A stretch of 38,439 bases of DNA. It comes from Bdellovibrionia bacterium (GTDB lineage: Bacteria; Bdellovibrionota; UBA1018). Positions 7,703 through 17,071 of the stretch are shown piece after piece. Below the pieces are notes generated by a model, which did not search any database, was not told the DNA's origin, and worked only from the letters and a program-made list of their open reading frames with translations. Each line of letters begins with the position of its first letter. Position 1 is the first letter of the stretch. Both the position numbers and the translations under genes were made by a program. The stretch covers positions 1 through 38,439 of the forward strand of contig JBJMMA010000226.1 of assembly GCA_045805065.1 (NCBI GenBank). Reading direction: 5' to 3'.

Positions 7703-8443
7703 TTACTCGCCTGACTTTTCTTCGGGCGCGTTCTGAGCCGATTTTTGAGCCGATTCTTTAGAATGATTTTGGGAAGCTCGCGCAGTTCGCCGAGCTTCCT
7801 TTTGTTTTTTGGTGAGCTCTCTTCTCTTATCGAGAAGACTGCCGAAGACCTTTTTCAGTCCGGCCCCGGTCTCAGCTGGCTCTTTCAGTGCTTCGAGAGT
7901 TTCCGCAATGGACTCAATCGTTGAGAGGCACTCACGACGAGGCTCTTTTCTGAGCTCTTTATAAAGAGACTTGTTTGGAGAATTGAGAACGACGCGCTTG
8001 AGTTTGAGCAACCAGGCGTTACGCCACCAAAGAGCTTTAGCCTGGCTCCAGGTTCCATCGAGTACAACAATGCCGTCGAGATCTTTTTGTGTGATGGGCT
8101 GATCGACGAGCATTCCCTTTTTATCTACAAATTGAAGCACCGGCGGTTTGGTTGCTGGCGGGCCATTGAGTTTGACGCCGCTTCCTAAGTAGAGAACAGC
8201 CCAGCGCGAAGGGACTGCTTCTTTTCCCAAGGCAGCTTTCAAGTTCGGCCAGGAAAGACCGATTTTAAGCGTGGAGTTGGGAAGCGCAAGATGCGCGATG
8301 CGAGCCGAGCCCAGATCCTTATCTGGCTCTTGAGGGTGCTGAAGAATCAGCACATGCAATCGGGTCTTAAGCGGCCGAATGCTTTCACAAACACAAAGAT
8401 CTTGAGCCTTCTCGCAGCGGGAGCAATTTAAGTCAGTAGTCAT
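7703..8443 (-). CDS. DTW-domain protein (tRNA-uridine aminocarboxypropyltransferase family)
   Basis: CSRC...LCVC, ILQHPQE, VVLDGTWSQAKALW and LSTIES motifs. Confidence 0.9.
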   Translation of the reverse strand: MTTDLNCSRCEKAQDLCVCESIRPLKTRLHVLILQHPQEPDKDLGSARIAHLALPNSTLKIGLSWPNLKAALGKEAVPSRWAVLYLGSGVKLNGPPATKPPVLQFVDKKGMLVDQPITQKDLDGIVVLDGTWSQAKALWWRNAWLLKLKRVVLNSPNKSLYKELRKEPRRECLSTIESIAETLEALKEPAETGAGLKKVFGSLLDKRRELTKKQKEARRTARASQNHSKESAQKSAQNAPEEKSGE

Positions 8444-8501
8444 AGGAATGGGGGGACTCTAGCATACCCGAGGTCTACGATCTCCTTTATTCTTTCATAG
8501 T

Positions 8502-9221
8502 TTATTTAATCCAGTTCTCGCCTCGGGCAGCCACGATCCAGTGGCCTAACATCCTGATTCCAAAGGGGCGAGCGAGCTGGGACACTCGCTCCGTGATTTC
8601 CTGATCAGGCAAGGAAGGGCTTAAATCCCCGGACGGATGGTTATGAACCAGGATAAAACCGTGAGGTCTGAGGGCCAGCACGCGGGCAAAGAGCTCCACA
8701 GGCTCAATGTTCACATGCGTTCTAACTCCTTGCTCGACAATGCAAAGCTCGCCCACTTCGCCTGTCCTGTAGCAGGGGATAAAGCCCAGCCATTCCTGGG
8801 CCTCAATTCTCCTCTCCAAGGGGATGCGAGAAAGAGCGGTTTGAGCCACCGCCATGAGCGATTGAGTTTGTGCGGTTGGCGAATATCGATTTCGAGTTTC
8901 TCGAAAGAGCGCATAACGACGAGCCAACTCAAAGGCAGCAAGAAGCCTGGCCTGACTTGCGTCTCCCAATCCTGAAAGTCCTTCCAGGTAGGCATCACTG
9001 GAGACTTCCATCGCCAGAAAGAAAGCTCGCAATTGCTCGGATTCATCCAGTCCTGATCCCGGACGCTCTAAGAGATCTTGCGCAAGTCCCATGCTGCCTT
9101 TGCCTTTGGGTCCTGAGTTTAAGATGAGAGCCAGGCATTCTCGAAAGCTCAGTGAGCGCGCGCCTTTCTCCAGGCATCGCTCACGAGGACGTTCAGTTTC
9201 GGGGAGTTCGCTCATTTTCAT
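8502..9221 (-). CDS. radC: RadC family JAB-domain protein
   Basis: ERPRERCLEKGARSLS..ECLALIL, LAAFELARR and HNHPSGDLSPSLPD JAB motif. Confidence 0.92.
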   Translation of the reverse strand: MKMSELPETERPRERCLEKGARSLSFRECLALILNSGPKGKGSMGLAQDLLERPGSGLDESEQLRAFFLAMEVSSDAYLEGLSGLGDASQARLLAAFELARRYALFRETRNRYSPTAQTQSLMAVAQTALSRIPLERRIEAQEWLGFIPCYRTGEVGELCIVEQGVRTHVNIEPVELFARVLALRPHGFILVHNHPSGDLSPSLPDQEITERVSQLARPFGIRMLGHWIVAARGENWIK

Positions 9222-9238
9222 TTTCGGGTCTGGCTTAA

Positions 9239-9254
9239 AGCAAGGGCTGGGCCT
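9239..9254 (-). promoter_or_regulatory. Possible sigma-54 promoter of radC
   Basis: Minus strand AGGCCCAGCCCTTGCT, GG-N10-GC with TTGCT; the -24 half is imperfect. Confidence 0.45.
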
Positions 9255-9475
9255 GGTCTGGTGCGAGTTTTACGCAAGTGGGCGGCGGAAATGGGTGAGT
9301 TGGGCCGAAGTTTGGACTTTTGATGTGGAGCCGCGTACTCAGCCATCTTTAGGGATATTTGCTGCATTAATTGAGTGAAATTCAGATCTCATTCCGTTTT
9401 CAAGCTTACACACACATTTGAAATTTTGAGCATAATCGCGCGAAATACCATTGCCCCTGTGCTATAAGCATCTGC

Positions 9476-10081
9476 GTGAGAGCGAAAAAAGATTCATTCC
9501 TTCCAGGCTTTGAAAAGAGCTCAGGCGCAAGCCATGGCGGCGAACTTTCGCGAGGAAAGCGTAAAACCCTTCGTCCTATTGACTCAAAGCAAGCTCTGCA
9601 TGTTGTTTTGAGATCATCAAAAGCTCGCGGAAATCTCTCAATGCTTCATCCTAAGCATTGCAACGCGGTTGAGAAGTATGTGCAAAAGACCGCTCAGCGT
9701 TGGGGCGTCCGGATTTACCGGTTTGCAAACGTTGGTAATCATTTGCACCTTCTCATTAAAGTGCCGTCGCGCTCAGCTTGGAAGAGTTTTTCTCGCGAAA
9801 TTGCTGGTGGAATCGCTCAGATCGTCACTGGCGCTAAAAAAGGCGAAGCGCTCAAACGTCATTCAGATGCTTCTCTGCCTGAGAGTGCGCAGCGTGGGTT
9901 TTGGGATCATTTGCTCTTCACTCGCATTGTGAACTTTGGACGAGACTTCAAGATCGTGTCCGCTTATTTGATTAAGAATCTCTTTGAAGCTGCGGGTGTA
10001 CCGATGCGCAAGCTTCTTGCTGCTGGACAGAGGATCCTATTTATTGATCCAGACGGGCTGATCTCAGGCGCGCCTTCGTAA
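9476..10081 (+). CDS. HUH/Y1 tyrosine transposase-like protein (IS200/RAYT superfamily), stand-alone
   Basis: HVVLR, GNHLHLL (HUH at 9740-9748), FW...FTR and YLIKN (Tyr at 9965-9967); N-terminal HGG..RK..RP extension; GTG start. Confidence 0.85.
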   Translation: MRAKKDSFLPGFEKSSGASHGGELSRGKRKTLRPIDSKQALHVVLRSSKARGNLSMLHPKHCNAVEKYVQKTAQRWGVRIYRFANVGNHLHLLIKVPSRSAWKSFSREIAGGIAQIVTGAKKGEALKRHSDASLPESAQRGFWDHLLFTRIVNFGRDFKIVSAYLIKNLFEAAGVPMRKLLAAGQRILFIDPDGLISGAPS

Positions 10082-10086
10082 AAAAC

Positions 10087-10605
10087 TTAAATCTTGGAGT
10101 TGCGAACAACGGTCGCGCGCATCTCGTCTTTATACTGGCGAATGCGATCTAAGATCTTTGGGTTAGAAGTTCCGAGCATTTGCGCGGCAAGAACGCCTGC
10201 ATTCCAGGCGTTTCCAATGGCAACTGTTGCGACGGGAATGCCCTTGGGCATCTGAACGATGGAGTAGAGCGCGTCTTGGCCTTGCATCGGGCCCAGAGCG
10301 ACTGGAACGCCGATGACTGGGAGTTCAGTGTACGATGCAGCCATTCCTGGAAGGTGAGCCGCTCCGCCTGCGCCTGCGATGATGACGCGGATCCCTTTTT
10401 TGCGAGCGTTCTCGGCATACTTTGCCACTTCATGTGGCGTGCGATGCGCGGAGACCACGGACATCTCGTAGGAGATTCCAAGCTCTTGAAGCGCGTCTGC
10501 CGCGGCTTGCATCGTCGGGAGATCCGATTGGCTTCCCATGATGATTCCAACAACGGGAGCAGAAGAGCTTGAGGTCTTTTTAGAGGATGGTTTTTTGGAT
10601 CTCAT
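10087..10605 (-). CDS. purE: N5-CAIR mutase
   Basis: IIMGSQSD, VVSAHRTP, AGAGGAAHLPGM, SIVQMPKGIPVATVAI. Confidence 0.98.
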   Translation of the reverse strand: MRSKKPSSKKTSSSSAPVVGIIMGSQSDLPTMQAAADALQELGISYEMSVVSAHRTPHEVAKYAENARKKGIRVIIAGAGGAAHLPGMAASYTELPVIGVPVALGPMQGQDALYSIVQMPKGIPVATVAIGNAWNAGVLAAQMLGTSNPKILDRIRQYKDEMRATVVRNSKI

Positions 10606-10606
10606 G

Positions 10607-11848
10607 TCAGTCTTTTCGCATATTCAGAGCCTCAATCCACTGTTTTTCACAGGAATTGAGTTCTTTTAAGAGCTCTGCAAGGCCTTCAGCTGAGTCCGCC
10701 GTGCCATTGAGATGCCCTAATTTTCTGCCGGGGCGGATATCTTTTTTTCCGTACCAATGCAGTTGGGAATGAGGACCTGCAATAGGCAGGGATGCCTTTG
10801 AGGATTCACAGGAAATGCCAGCGGGGCCAAGCAGGTTGAGCATGGCAAAAAAGGGCGCAGCTGCCGCAGGATGTTTCAGCGGATCAAAGAGAGGGAGTCC
10901 CAAAATCGCGCGCCAGTGATTCTCAAACTGACTCACGGGAAAAGCGTTTTGCGTGTAATGGCCTGTGTTGTGAACGCGAGGCGCGATCTCATTGACCAAA
11001 AGCTCACCTGAGCGTGATTCAAAGAACTCGATCCCGAATGATCCAACCAGTCCAACTTCGTGAGCGATCTTTCTGGCGGCTTCTTGGGCTTGATCCTGAA
11101 ACTTTGCCGGCACCCCAAGATGAATCGCAGGACCCACGACTTCTTTGCAGATTCCGTTTTCCTGCTCACTGATCACAAGCGGGTAGGTGACAGACTCTCC
11201 GCGAACCGCAACGCAAGCGTCGTTGCGAACCGCAACGCAGGCAATAATCGCAAGCTCACGGATGAAGTCGACCTTCTTTTCCGCGTAAACAGGGATGCCT
11301 CGGGACCAGGCGGACTCGACAAAGGGGATGGCAGCGGCAAGGTCATCGGCTTTGCCAGCGTGAACGACTTTCACGCCTTTTCCATCGTAACCCTGGCGGC
11401 TCCATTTCAGGACGGTGTCGCTTGCGAGTTGCTTGAGGGCAGACGCGATCTCTTGAGATGCGTTTGCGCCTGTCTTGAGCTCAACGAAAGGAGAGGTTGC
11501 GATTCCCACTCTCTTCAGAAGCTTTTTCTGCTCAAGCTTGTCCTGAAGGATCTCGATTGCTTTCAAGCTAGGGAAAAATTTGGAATCAGGAGCTGAAGTC
11601 GCTGCTCTGAGCTTTGAGCAATCGACAAACTCGTTCTCAAAAGCGATCAGTGGCACTCGGGCTACAAAGGATTTGAGCTGGTCCGCATCGCTGATTTTTC
11701 CAACGACGGTTTCAACGCATATCTCAGACGCTGGACCATCGGCATCGTCAGTAAAAACGATGGGCTTCAGTCCTAAACGCAAAGCTGATTCGGCTAGCAT
11801 CCTTGCTAGTTGGCCTCCCCCGAGAATGCCAACTTCGCAGGGCTTCAT
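10607..11848 (-). CDS. purK: N5-CAIR synthetase
   Basis: GILGGGQLARM, EFENE-like FENE, GYDGKG, NEIAPRVHNTGH, SQFENHWRA, YGKKDIRPGRKLGH. Confidence 0.97.
   Translation of the reverse strand: MKPCEVGILGGGQLARMLAESALRLGLKPIVFTDDADGPASEICVETVVGKISDADQLKSFVARVPLIAFENEFVDCSKLRAATSAPDSKFFPSLKAIEILQDKLEQKKLLKRVGIATSPFVELKTGANASQEIASALKQLASDTVLKWSRQGYDGKGVKVVHAGKADDLAAAIPFVESAWSRGIPVYAEKKVDFIRELAIIACVAVRNDACVAVRGESVTYPLVISEQENGICKEVVGPAIHLGVPAKFQDQAQEAARKIAHEVGLVGSFGIEFFESRSGELLVNEIAPRVHNTGHYTQNAFPVSQFENHWRAILGLPLFDPLKHPAAAAPFFAMLNLLGPAGISCESSKASLPIAGPHSQLHWYGKKDIRPGRKLGHLNGTADSAEGLAELLKELNSCEKQWIEALNMRKD
11201..11242. repeat. In-frame 24-bp-period duplication inside purK with hairpin
   Basis: GCGAACCGCAACGCAAGC (11201-11218) and GCGAACCGCAACGCAGGC (11225-11242); encodes ACVAVR-ND-ACVAVR. 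Confidence 0.9.
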
Positions 11849-12948
11849 GCTGGCTTCGTCCCCGCAGTCGTCATCAGCTTATCAATGAGCGCCTGATGCT
11901 CGGGGATTCCGATTTTTCGGCCCACGTCAGCGATCATGACGTCCTTATAAGGATGCAGATATTCTTTTTTCAGAGCCTGGATACGAGCTTCGCTTTCAAG
12001 AACAATCTCTGGATTGAGCTTTCCTGAATCGAGGGCTTTCATCAATGAAGCGTAAGCGTGGCGAGCGGCTGTTTCGGTGCGATAGCAGAGAAGGTCGCAG
12101 CCTGCTTCGATCGCCATGCGAGGAGCGTCCTCCGCGCCGAAGTGATCGGTGATCGCTTTCATTTCCATGTCATCGCTGATGATGATGCGGTTATAGCGAA
12201 GTTCTTTGCGAAGGATCTCGCCCAAGATGAAAGGCGAGAGAGTCGCAGGAACTTTTGGGTCAACCTTATTGCAGATGATATGAGCCGACATGACCATCGA
12301 GCAGTGAGATTTGAAAGCACGGATAAAAGGCTTGAACTCGCGCTCGCGCATCACATCCAGGGTCGTATCAATTTTTGGCAGGGCAAAGTGTGAGTCAACG
12401 GTCGTATCGCCATGTCCTGGAAAATGCTTCACCACAGGCTGAACACCTTGAACAAGATGTCCGCGAACCATGGCGGTGACCATCTTGGAGACAATGTCTT
12501 CATCCGTTCCGTAAGAGCGAGCGCCAATGACTGGATTTTTTGGATTGGTGTGAATGTCTGCAACGGGGCAGAAGTTCACATTGATCCCGACAGCGCGAAG
12601 TTCTTTCGCGATCATCTCGGAGATCTCAAAAGCCAACTTGGGAGAGTCACAGGCCCCGATGACTGCGGCCTCAGGGATCTTGGTGAAGCCTTTTTTGAAG
12701 CGCTGAACTTTTCCGCCTTCGTGATCCACGCTCACCCAAAGTGGCAGACCTTGGCGGCAGCTTTGAACCTGGTTCACCAGTTCCGCGACTTGCGCCGGGC
12801 TATCATAGTTGTGAGAGAAGAGGATCACTCCGCCGATGTTTGCTTGTGAGAGAAACGATGAGGTCTCATCGGATAATTCGAGTCCGCTGAACCCGACGAT
12901 CAGGAGTTGACCCAGAGCTTTCCGTGCTGCTTCAAGAGTGGTCGACAT
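11845..12948 (-). CDS. nagZ: Beta-N-acetylhexosaminidase (GH3)
   Basis: VDHEGGKVQR, NagZ signature KHFPGHGDTTVDSH, ISDDMEMKAI. Confidence 0.95.
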   Translation of the reverse strand: MSTTLEAARKALGQLLIVGFSGLELSDETSSFLSQANIGGVILFSHNYDSPAQVAELVNQVQSCRQGLPLWVSVDHEGGKVQRFKKGFTKIPEAAVIGACDSPKLAFEISEMIAKELRAVGINVNFCPVADIHTNPKNPVIGARSYGTDEDIVSKMVTAMVRGHLVQGVQPVVKHFPGHGDTTVDSHFALPKIDTTLDVMREREFKPFIRAFKSHCSMVMSAHIICNKVDPKVPATLSPFILGEILRKELRYNRIIISDDMEMKAITDHFGAEDAPRMAIEAGCDLLCYRTETAARHAYASLMKALDSGKLNPEIVLESEARIQALKKEYLHPYKDVMIADVGRKIGIPEHQALIDKLMTTAGTKPA

Positions 12949-12991
12949 ATTGAATTAAGATAGCTGAACTTTTGAGGTTTTTCACGGTTTT

Positions 12992-13783
12992 TCACCGCTT
13001 CTCAAGGATTCTCTCGGAAAGGATCTGAAGAGAGAGAACCGTCAAGGTGAGCGGGATGCCGGCGGCAAAAGCAATGTGAGGCGCCTCAAAGAGATAGTCT
13101 TTGCCGGACGCAAGCAGCGATCCCCAGGTCTCCTGGCCAATCGGTGCTCCGACGCCCAGAAACGATAAAGTCGCCTCTGCCATCAATGCTTGAGCAAACA
13201 AAGTTGGAATTTTGACTGCACAGATGGAGCGAAGCATCGGAACCAAGTGGCGTGCGAGTATCCGGCCTGGGCTTGCCCCCAGACTCTCGGCTGCTTCAAT
13301 GAAGGGCTCAGATAGAACCTCACGCGAGCGAGCATAGATGAGCCGGATAAAAGGTGGCAGAGTTCCGATCAGAAGTGAGGCGAACAATGTTCCCCAACCT
13401 GGACCGCGGATTGCTGCGATCGCAAGCGCAAGAAGGAGGGATGGAAACGCAAGAAACGTATCCAGAGTTCGTAACGGAAGAAACCGTGCTCGAGCGGGGA
13501 GGAGGGCAATGCAGGCTCCGATGAGGACACCCATGGCACAAGAGACTAAAACAGAAGCAGTCGCAAACGATGCGCTGGTGAGGGACGCTCTTAGAACAAG
13601 AAGCGTGAGGTCTTTTCCAAACGAATCAAATCCCATCCAGTGTCTTAAGTCAGGAGAGGCGAGACTTCGGGCGAGCATGGGCTCAAAGTAAGTTTTGGGA
13701 AATATTTCTGCGATGAGAGCGGCCCCGAACCAGAAGAGCAACCAGGCGGCCGGAAGCCAGCGCGACATTGCCGATGGCTTCAT
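12992..13783 (-). CDS. Peptide/nickel ABC transporter permease (DppC/OppC family)
   Basis: HWMGFDSFGKD, FLAFPSLLLAL, EAA motif FIEAAESLGAS, EATLSFLGVG, WGSLL. Confidence 0.93.
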   Translation of the reverse strand: MKPSAMSRWLPAAWLLFWFGAALIAEIFPKTYFEPMLARSLASPDLRHWMGFDSFGKDLTLLVLRASLTSASFATASVLVSCAMGVLIGACIALLPARARFLPLRTLDTFLAFPSLLLALAIAAIRGPGWGTLFASLLIGTLPPFIRLIYARSREVLSEPFIEAAESLGASPGRILARHLVPMLRSICAVKIPTLFAQALMAEATLSFLGVGAPIGQETWGSLLASGKDYLFEAPHIAFAAGIPLTLTVLSLQILSERILEKR

Positions 13784-14721
13784 CCTTCACTCCGAATCCT
13801 TGGGTCAACGAAGTTTTGAGCCCAGTTCCCGAGAGCGTTCCCCAGGAGAGCGGCAACCGCTGCGATGAAAGCCGCGCTTTCCACCACAGGATAATCGCGC
13901 CTGAGGACTGAGGTGATCAGCAGATCTCCCATTCCGGGCCAATCAAAAATGGTCTCTGTGACAAACGCGCCGGCCATCAAGCCGCCGATTTGTGTTCCAA
14001 GATAAGCCAGCAGCGCGCCTGAGCAAGGCGCAAGCCCATATTTGAGCAAAACTTTCCATTCAGGAATCCCGCGCGCACGAGCTCCTGGAGCGGCGCCTGT
14101 CTCCAATGTTTCACGAACCCGCTGGCGAATCAGGCGAGACCAGAGCCCGGTGAAACTCAATGACAGAGTGAGCGCAGGAAGCAGGATGTGATCACCTACC
14201 GGAAAGACGGGAATCCACACGCATAAGATCACCATCAAAAGTGGACCGATCCATGGGGCTGGCATTGCGCTCACGATCGCGCCATAGAAAGTGCAGAGGG
14301 GATCCGCGATGCGTCCGATGGAAGTCGTGGGATCAGCAGCCGAAAGTCCCAGGCTCACGCTCAGCAAGATCATGAACACGACTGAGAGTGCAGTGAGCTC
14401 GAGAGTCTTAACGGTGCGATGAAACAAAAGGGGCGCGATGGGTTGGCGTGTTGTGATCGAGATGCCCAGGTCGCCGTGCGCGGCGCGCTGGATGTCAGAG
14501 CCCAGGGCTTTCCAGAAGGGCTCATCCAGATGGAATTCCTCGCGCAGGATTTCGCTGGATAGAGGTGTGCCCGACTCTGCAATCAGAGTGTCGAGTGGGT
14601 TGCCGGGAAGCGCGCGAATCATGCCTCGAGTAGCCGCAAAAATCGCCAACACCAGAACGACAGTCGTGGCGAAGCGAGTCAGCCAGTTGAATTTTGCATT
14701 TGCCGACTTAGATGGTTCCAT
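13780..14721 (-). CDS. Peptide/nickel ABC transporter permease (DppB/OppB family)
   Basis: LPGNP, HGDLGIS, ILLPALTL, ARARGIPE, TETIFDWPGMG, RRDYPVV. Confidence 0.93.
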   Translation of the reverse strand: MEPSKSANAKFNWLTRFATTVVLVLAIFAATRGMIRALPGNPLDTLIAESGTPLSSEILREEFHLDEPFWKALGSDIQRAAHGDLGISITTRQPIAPLLFHRTVKTLELTALSVVFMILLSVSLGLSAADPTTSIGRIADPLCTFYGAIVSAMPAPWIGPLLMVILCVWIPVFPVGDHILLPALTLSLSFTGLWSRLIRQRVRETLETGAAPGARARGIPEWKVLLKYGLAPCSGALLAYLGTQIGGLMAGAFVTETIFDWPGMGDLLITSVLRRDYPVVESAAFIAAVAALLGNALGNWAQNFVDPRIRSEG

Positions 14722-15547
14722 TGAGGAATTTCTTGGCGATCTCTTTCTTGGAACGAGTCACGACGATTTTCTGCTCAGGCATCTCGATGCGCTCGGCAGC
14801 GCCATCGGCGTTGACCCACCACCAGGAACGGATTCCGCGTGAATCGACACGGATTTTCTTCAATCCTCCGGCACGCGCGATCTCGTCTGGTTTCTCGACT
14901 TTAATTTGACCTTCCATAGGAGCAAAGCCCAGCTCGATATTGTCTTCCATGACGGTCTCAAAGTTTCTCATGTCGCCCTCTTTGAGCGTTGGAAGTTGTT
15001 TTCCAAGCCAGTAGGGAAAGAGAGCGGAGAAGAAGACCTTGGAGGGGATGCTTCTTTGGACGATTGGGAGATCCTGGCCTCCGCGCTTGATTCGGACCGA
15101 CAGGAACTTTCCGTCTTTGACGTTTCCATCAATGACCGTTTCCGTGGTTCGGTAGACCGAATGGAAATTGAAGAACATCGAGGAGAGGGAGGCGCTGTTG
15201 GCGACGACTCCCAGGTCTTCCCGATTGATGTAGTCCTCTTCCTGCTTCCAGAACTCGTTTTTCAGAAAAACCTGGTTGCCATTGTCACGAAGCTCAACGC
15301 GTTCGTTGTAATAGCCGTAGTGAACTTTTCCCGCGATCGTGACGGTGTACCACTCATCCCATAGGGTGTTCGCGTTTTTTGGCGATGCCTGAGGCTCTCT
15401 TTGAGCAGCAGCAGGGGGTGTCGATATTTTGGCGCTTTGGGCTTTGATCTTCGAGTTGGCTTTCACCGCGAACGCGGCCTGGCCTACGAGCGAAATGGTT
15501 AATATCGAAAGTGTAATAATGTAATAGTTCCGATGGGTTCGCTTCAT
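14708..15547 (-). CDS. Secreted hypothetical protein
   Basis: Signal peptide ending AFA; beta-rich mature region (WDEWYTVTIAGKVHYGYY); overlaps the permease start by 14 bp. Confidence 0.8.
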   Translation of the reverse strand: MKRTHRNYYIITLSILTISLVGQAAFAVKANSKIKAQSAKISTPPAAAQREPQASPKNANTLWDEWYTVTIAGKVHYGYYNERVELRDNGNQVFLKNEFWKQEEDYINREDLGVVANSASLSSMFFNFHSVYRTTETVIDGNVKDGKFLSVRIKRGGQDLPIVQRSIPSKVFFSALFPYWLGKQLPTLKEGDMRNFETVMEDNIELGFAPMEGQIKVEKPDEIARAGGLKKIRVDSRGIRSWWWVNADGAAERIEMPEQKIVVTRSKKEIAKKFLNGTI

Positions 15548-15566
15548 ACGTTGGGCGGCCTTTTAA

Positions 15567-15575
15567 TGGTACAAT
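15567..15575 (+). promoter_or_regulatory. Extended -10 promoter upstream of tadC
   Basis: TGGTACAAT (TGn plus TACAAT) about 110 bp upstream of the tadC ATG. Confidence 0.5.
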
Positions 15576-15682
15576 GGTAGTTACAGACATTATCCGGCAG
15601 GTCAGGCTTTTCCCAAAGCGCCTTTTATTAAACGTTTATTAAACTGAGTCGGGAAAAAGGCCGAAAGAGAAAGTGGAGACGT

Positions 15683-16606
15683 ATGCCAAACATACAAGAT
15701 ACCGCTGATTTCGTCCTGACATTTGCCTACGGCCTGATTGGCCTTGGGGTGTTTGTCGTCGCGCGCATGCTTTTGCAGGAGCAGGAAAATCGCGCTGCTC
15801 AGGATAATCTGGCCATCGGTGGTGAGCGCAAGGCGTCCAATCGCCTCGTTAAAATCACTCGTCCATTTTTTACGCAATACGTCGTTCCGATGATCCGCGG
15901 GAAGTCTTACTGGGACGACAAGCGCAGGCACTACAAACGAAGACTCATCGCAGGAGGCCTCAAAGAGGAGCTGACCGAAGATGAGTTCATCTCATTCAAG
16001 CTCTTTTTGATTCTGTTTTTCCCGCTTGTCGGCGGAGTTCTGAAGGCTGGCGATTTCCTGGATCTTCCGGCATGGGTGATTCTGGCATCCGGTGGAGCAG
16101 GCTGGTTTTATCCCGACATGTGGGTCAAATCACGCGTTCAGGAAAGGCAGAAGCTGATCCTGCGATCCATGCCTTTCATCGTGGATTTGCTGGCGCTCTC
16201 AACCGAGGCAGGTCTGGACTTTGTCGGCGCGATCGGAAAGGTCGTGGCTAAGGCCAATCCGAGCCCTTTGGTCGAGGAATTCGGGCAATTGCTCAAGGAG
16301 CTTCAGGTGGGTGCGTCCCGTGCGGAGGCCTTGCGCGAGATGGCAGCCCGTATCGACATGCCTCAGATCAATTCTTTCGTGTCAGTCCTGATTTCGGCAG
16401 ACCAGATGGGTGCCCCCGTGGGCAAAGTGTTGCGCCAGCAGTCGGAGGCCATTCGTAATGAGCGAATGATCCGGGCCGAGAAGGCAGGCGCTGCCGCGTC
16501 TCAAAAAGTCATTCTTCCACTAGTTTTGTTTATCATGCCTGCGGTCATGTTGATGATCTTCGGGCCTTTCATCCTGGGATATTTCTATCCGAATGGATCG
16601 AGCTAA
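15683..16606 (+). CDS. tadC: Tad pilus inner-membrane platform protein (TadC, T2SS-F family)
   Basis: MPFIVDLLALSTEAGLDF, GASRAEALREMAAR, ISADQMGAPVGKVLRQQSE, AEKAGAAASQKVILPLVLFIMPA. Confidence 0.9.
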   Translation: MPNIQDTADFVLTFAYGLIGLGVFVVARMLLQEQENRAAQDNLAIGGERKASNRLVKITRPFFTQYVVPMIRGKSYWDDKRRHYKRRLIAGGLKEELTEDEFISFKLFLILFFPLVGGVLKAGDFLDLPAWVILASGGAGWFYPDMWVKSRVQERQKLILRSMPFIVDLLALSTEAGLDFVGAIGKVVAKANPSPLVEEFGQLLKELQVGASRAEALREMAARIDMPQINSFVSVLISADQMGAPVGKVLRQQSEAIRNERMIRAEKAGAAASQKVILPLVLFIMPAVMLMIFGPFILGYFYPNGSS

Positions 16607-16705
16607 ATGACTAAACTCCAAAGATTACGAGTAATTACATAAAATTAATTGAATGAGAGACCCTCTAAACTACATCAGCCGAGACTCGCTCACCACAGAG
16701 GTCGC

Positions 16706-17071
16706 ATGATTCGTATTCGATCCCTAAAAAATCAAGCGGTTATTGCCGATAAGTGCTTTGTGGCGACTCGTTTTTTTGATCGCCTCAAAGGTTTGATTGG
16801 AAAGAAGGCGATGCCTTCGGGGGAAGCGATGCTGTTTCCGTCGTGCAACGACATCCACATGTGGTTCATGAGCATGCCGATTGACGTGGTCTTTCTGCGT
16901 GCTGTGAATCGCGAGCGCTCGCGCTGGACGGTCACATCCGTTCGTCGTGGCGTTCGCCCATGGAAAGCGCTTCCAGTGCGTGACGGAAAAGCATCCGACA
17001 CGCTCGAACTTCCGGTCGGAACGATTGATCAACATGATATCGCAACAGGAGACGAACTATGTATCGACTGA
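16706..17071 (+). CDS. DUF192 family protein (start re-called to the ATG at 16706)
   Basis: ATRFFDRLKGLIG, IHMWFMSMPIDVVFL, TLELPVG; GAGG RBS before 16706. Confidence 0.9.
   Translation: MIRIRSLKNQAVIADKCFVATRFFDRLKGLIGKKAMPSGEAMLFPSCNDIHMWFMSMPIDVVFLRAVNRERSRWTVTSVRRGVRPWKALPVRDGKASDTLELPVGTIDQHDIATGDELCID

Noticed and set aside
9476..10081. Intact IS200/IS605 insertion sequence
   Set aside because: No subterminal hairpins identified, no tnpB, and only 5 bp to the purE stop; annotated as a CDS, not a mobile element
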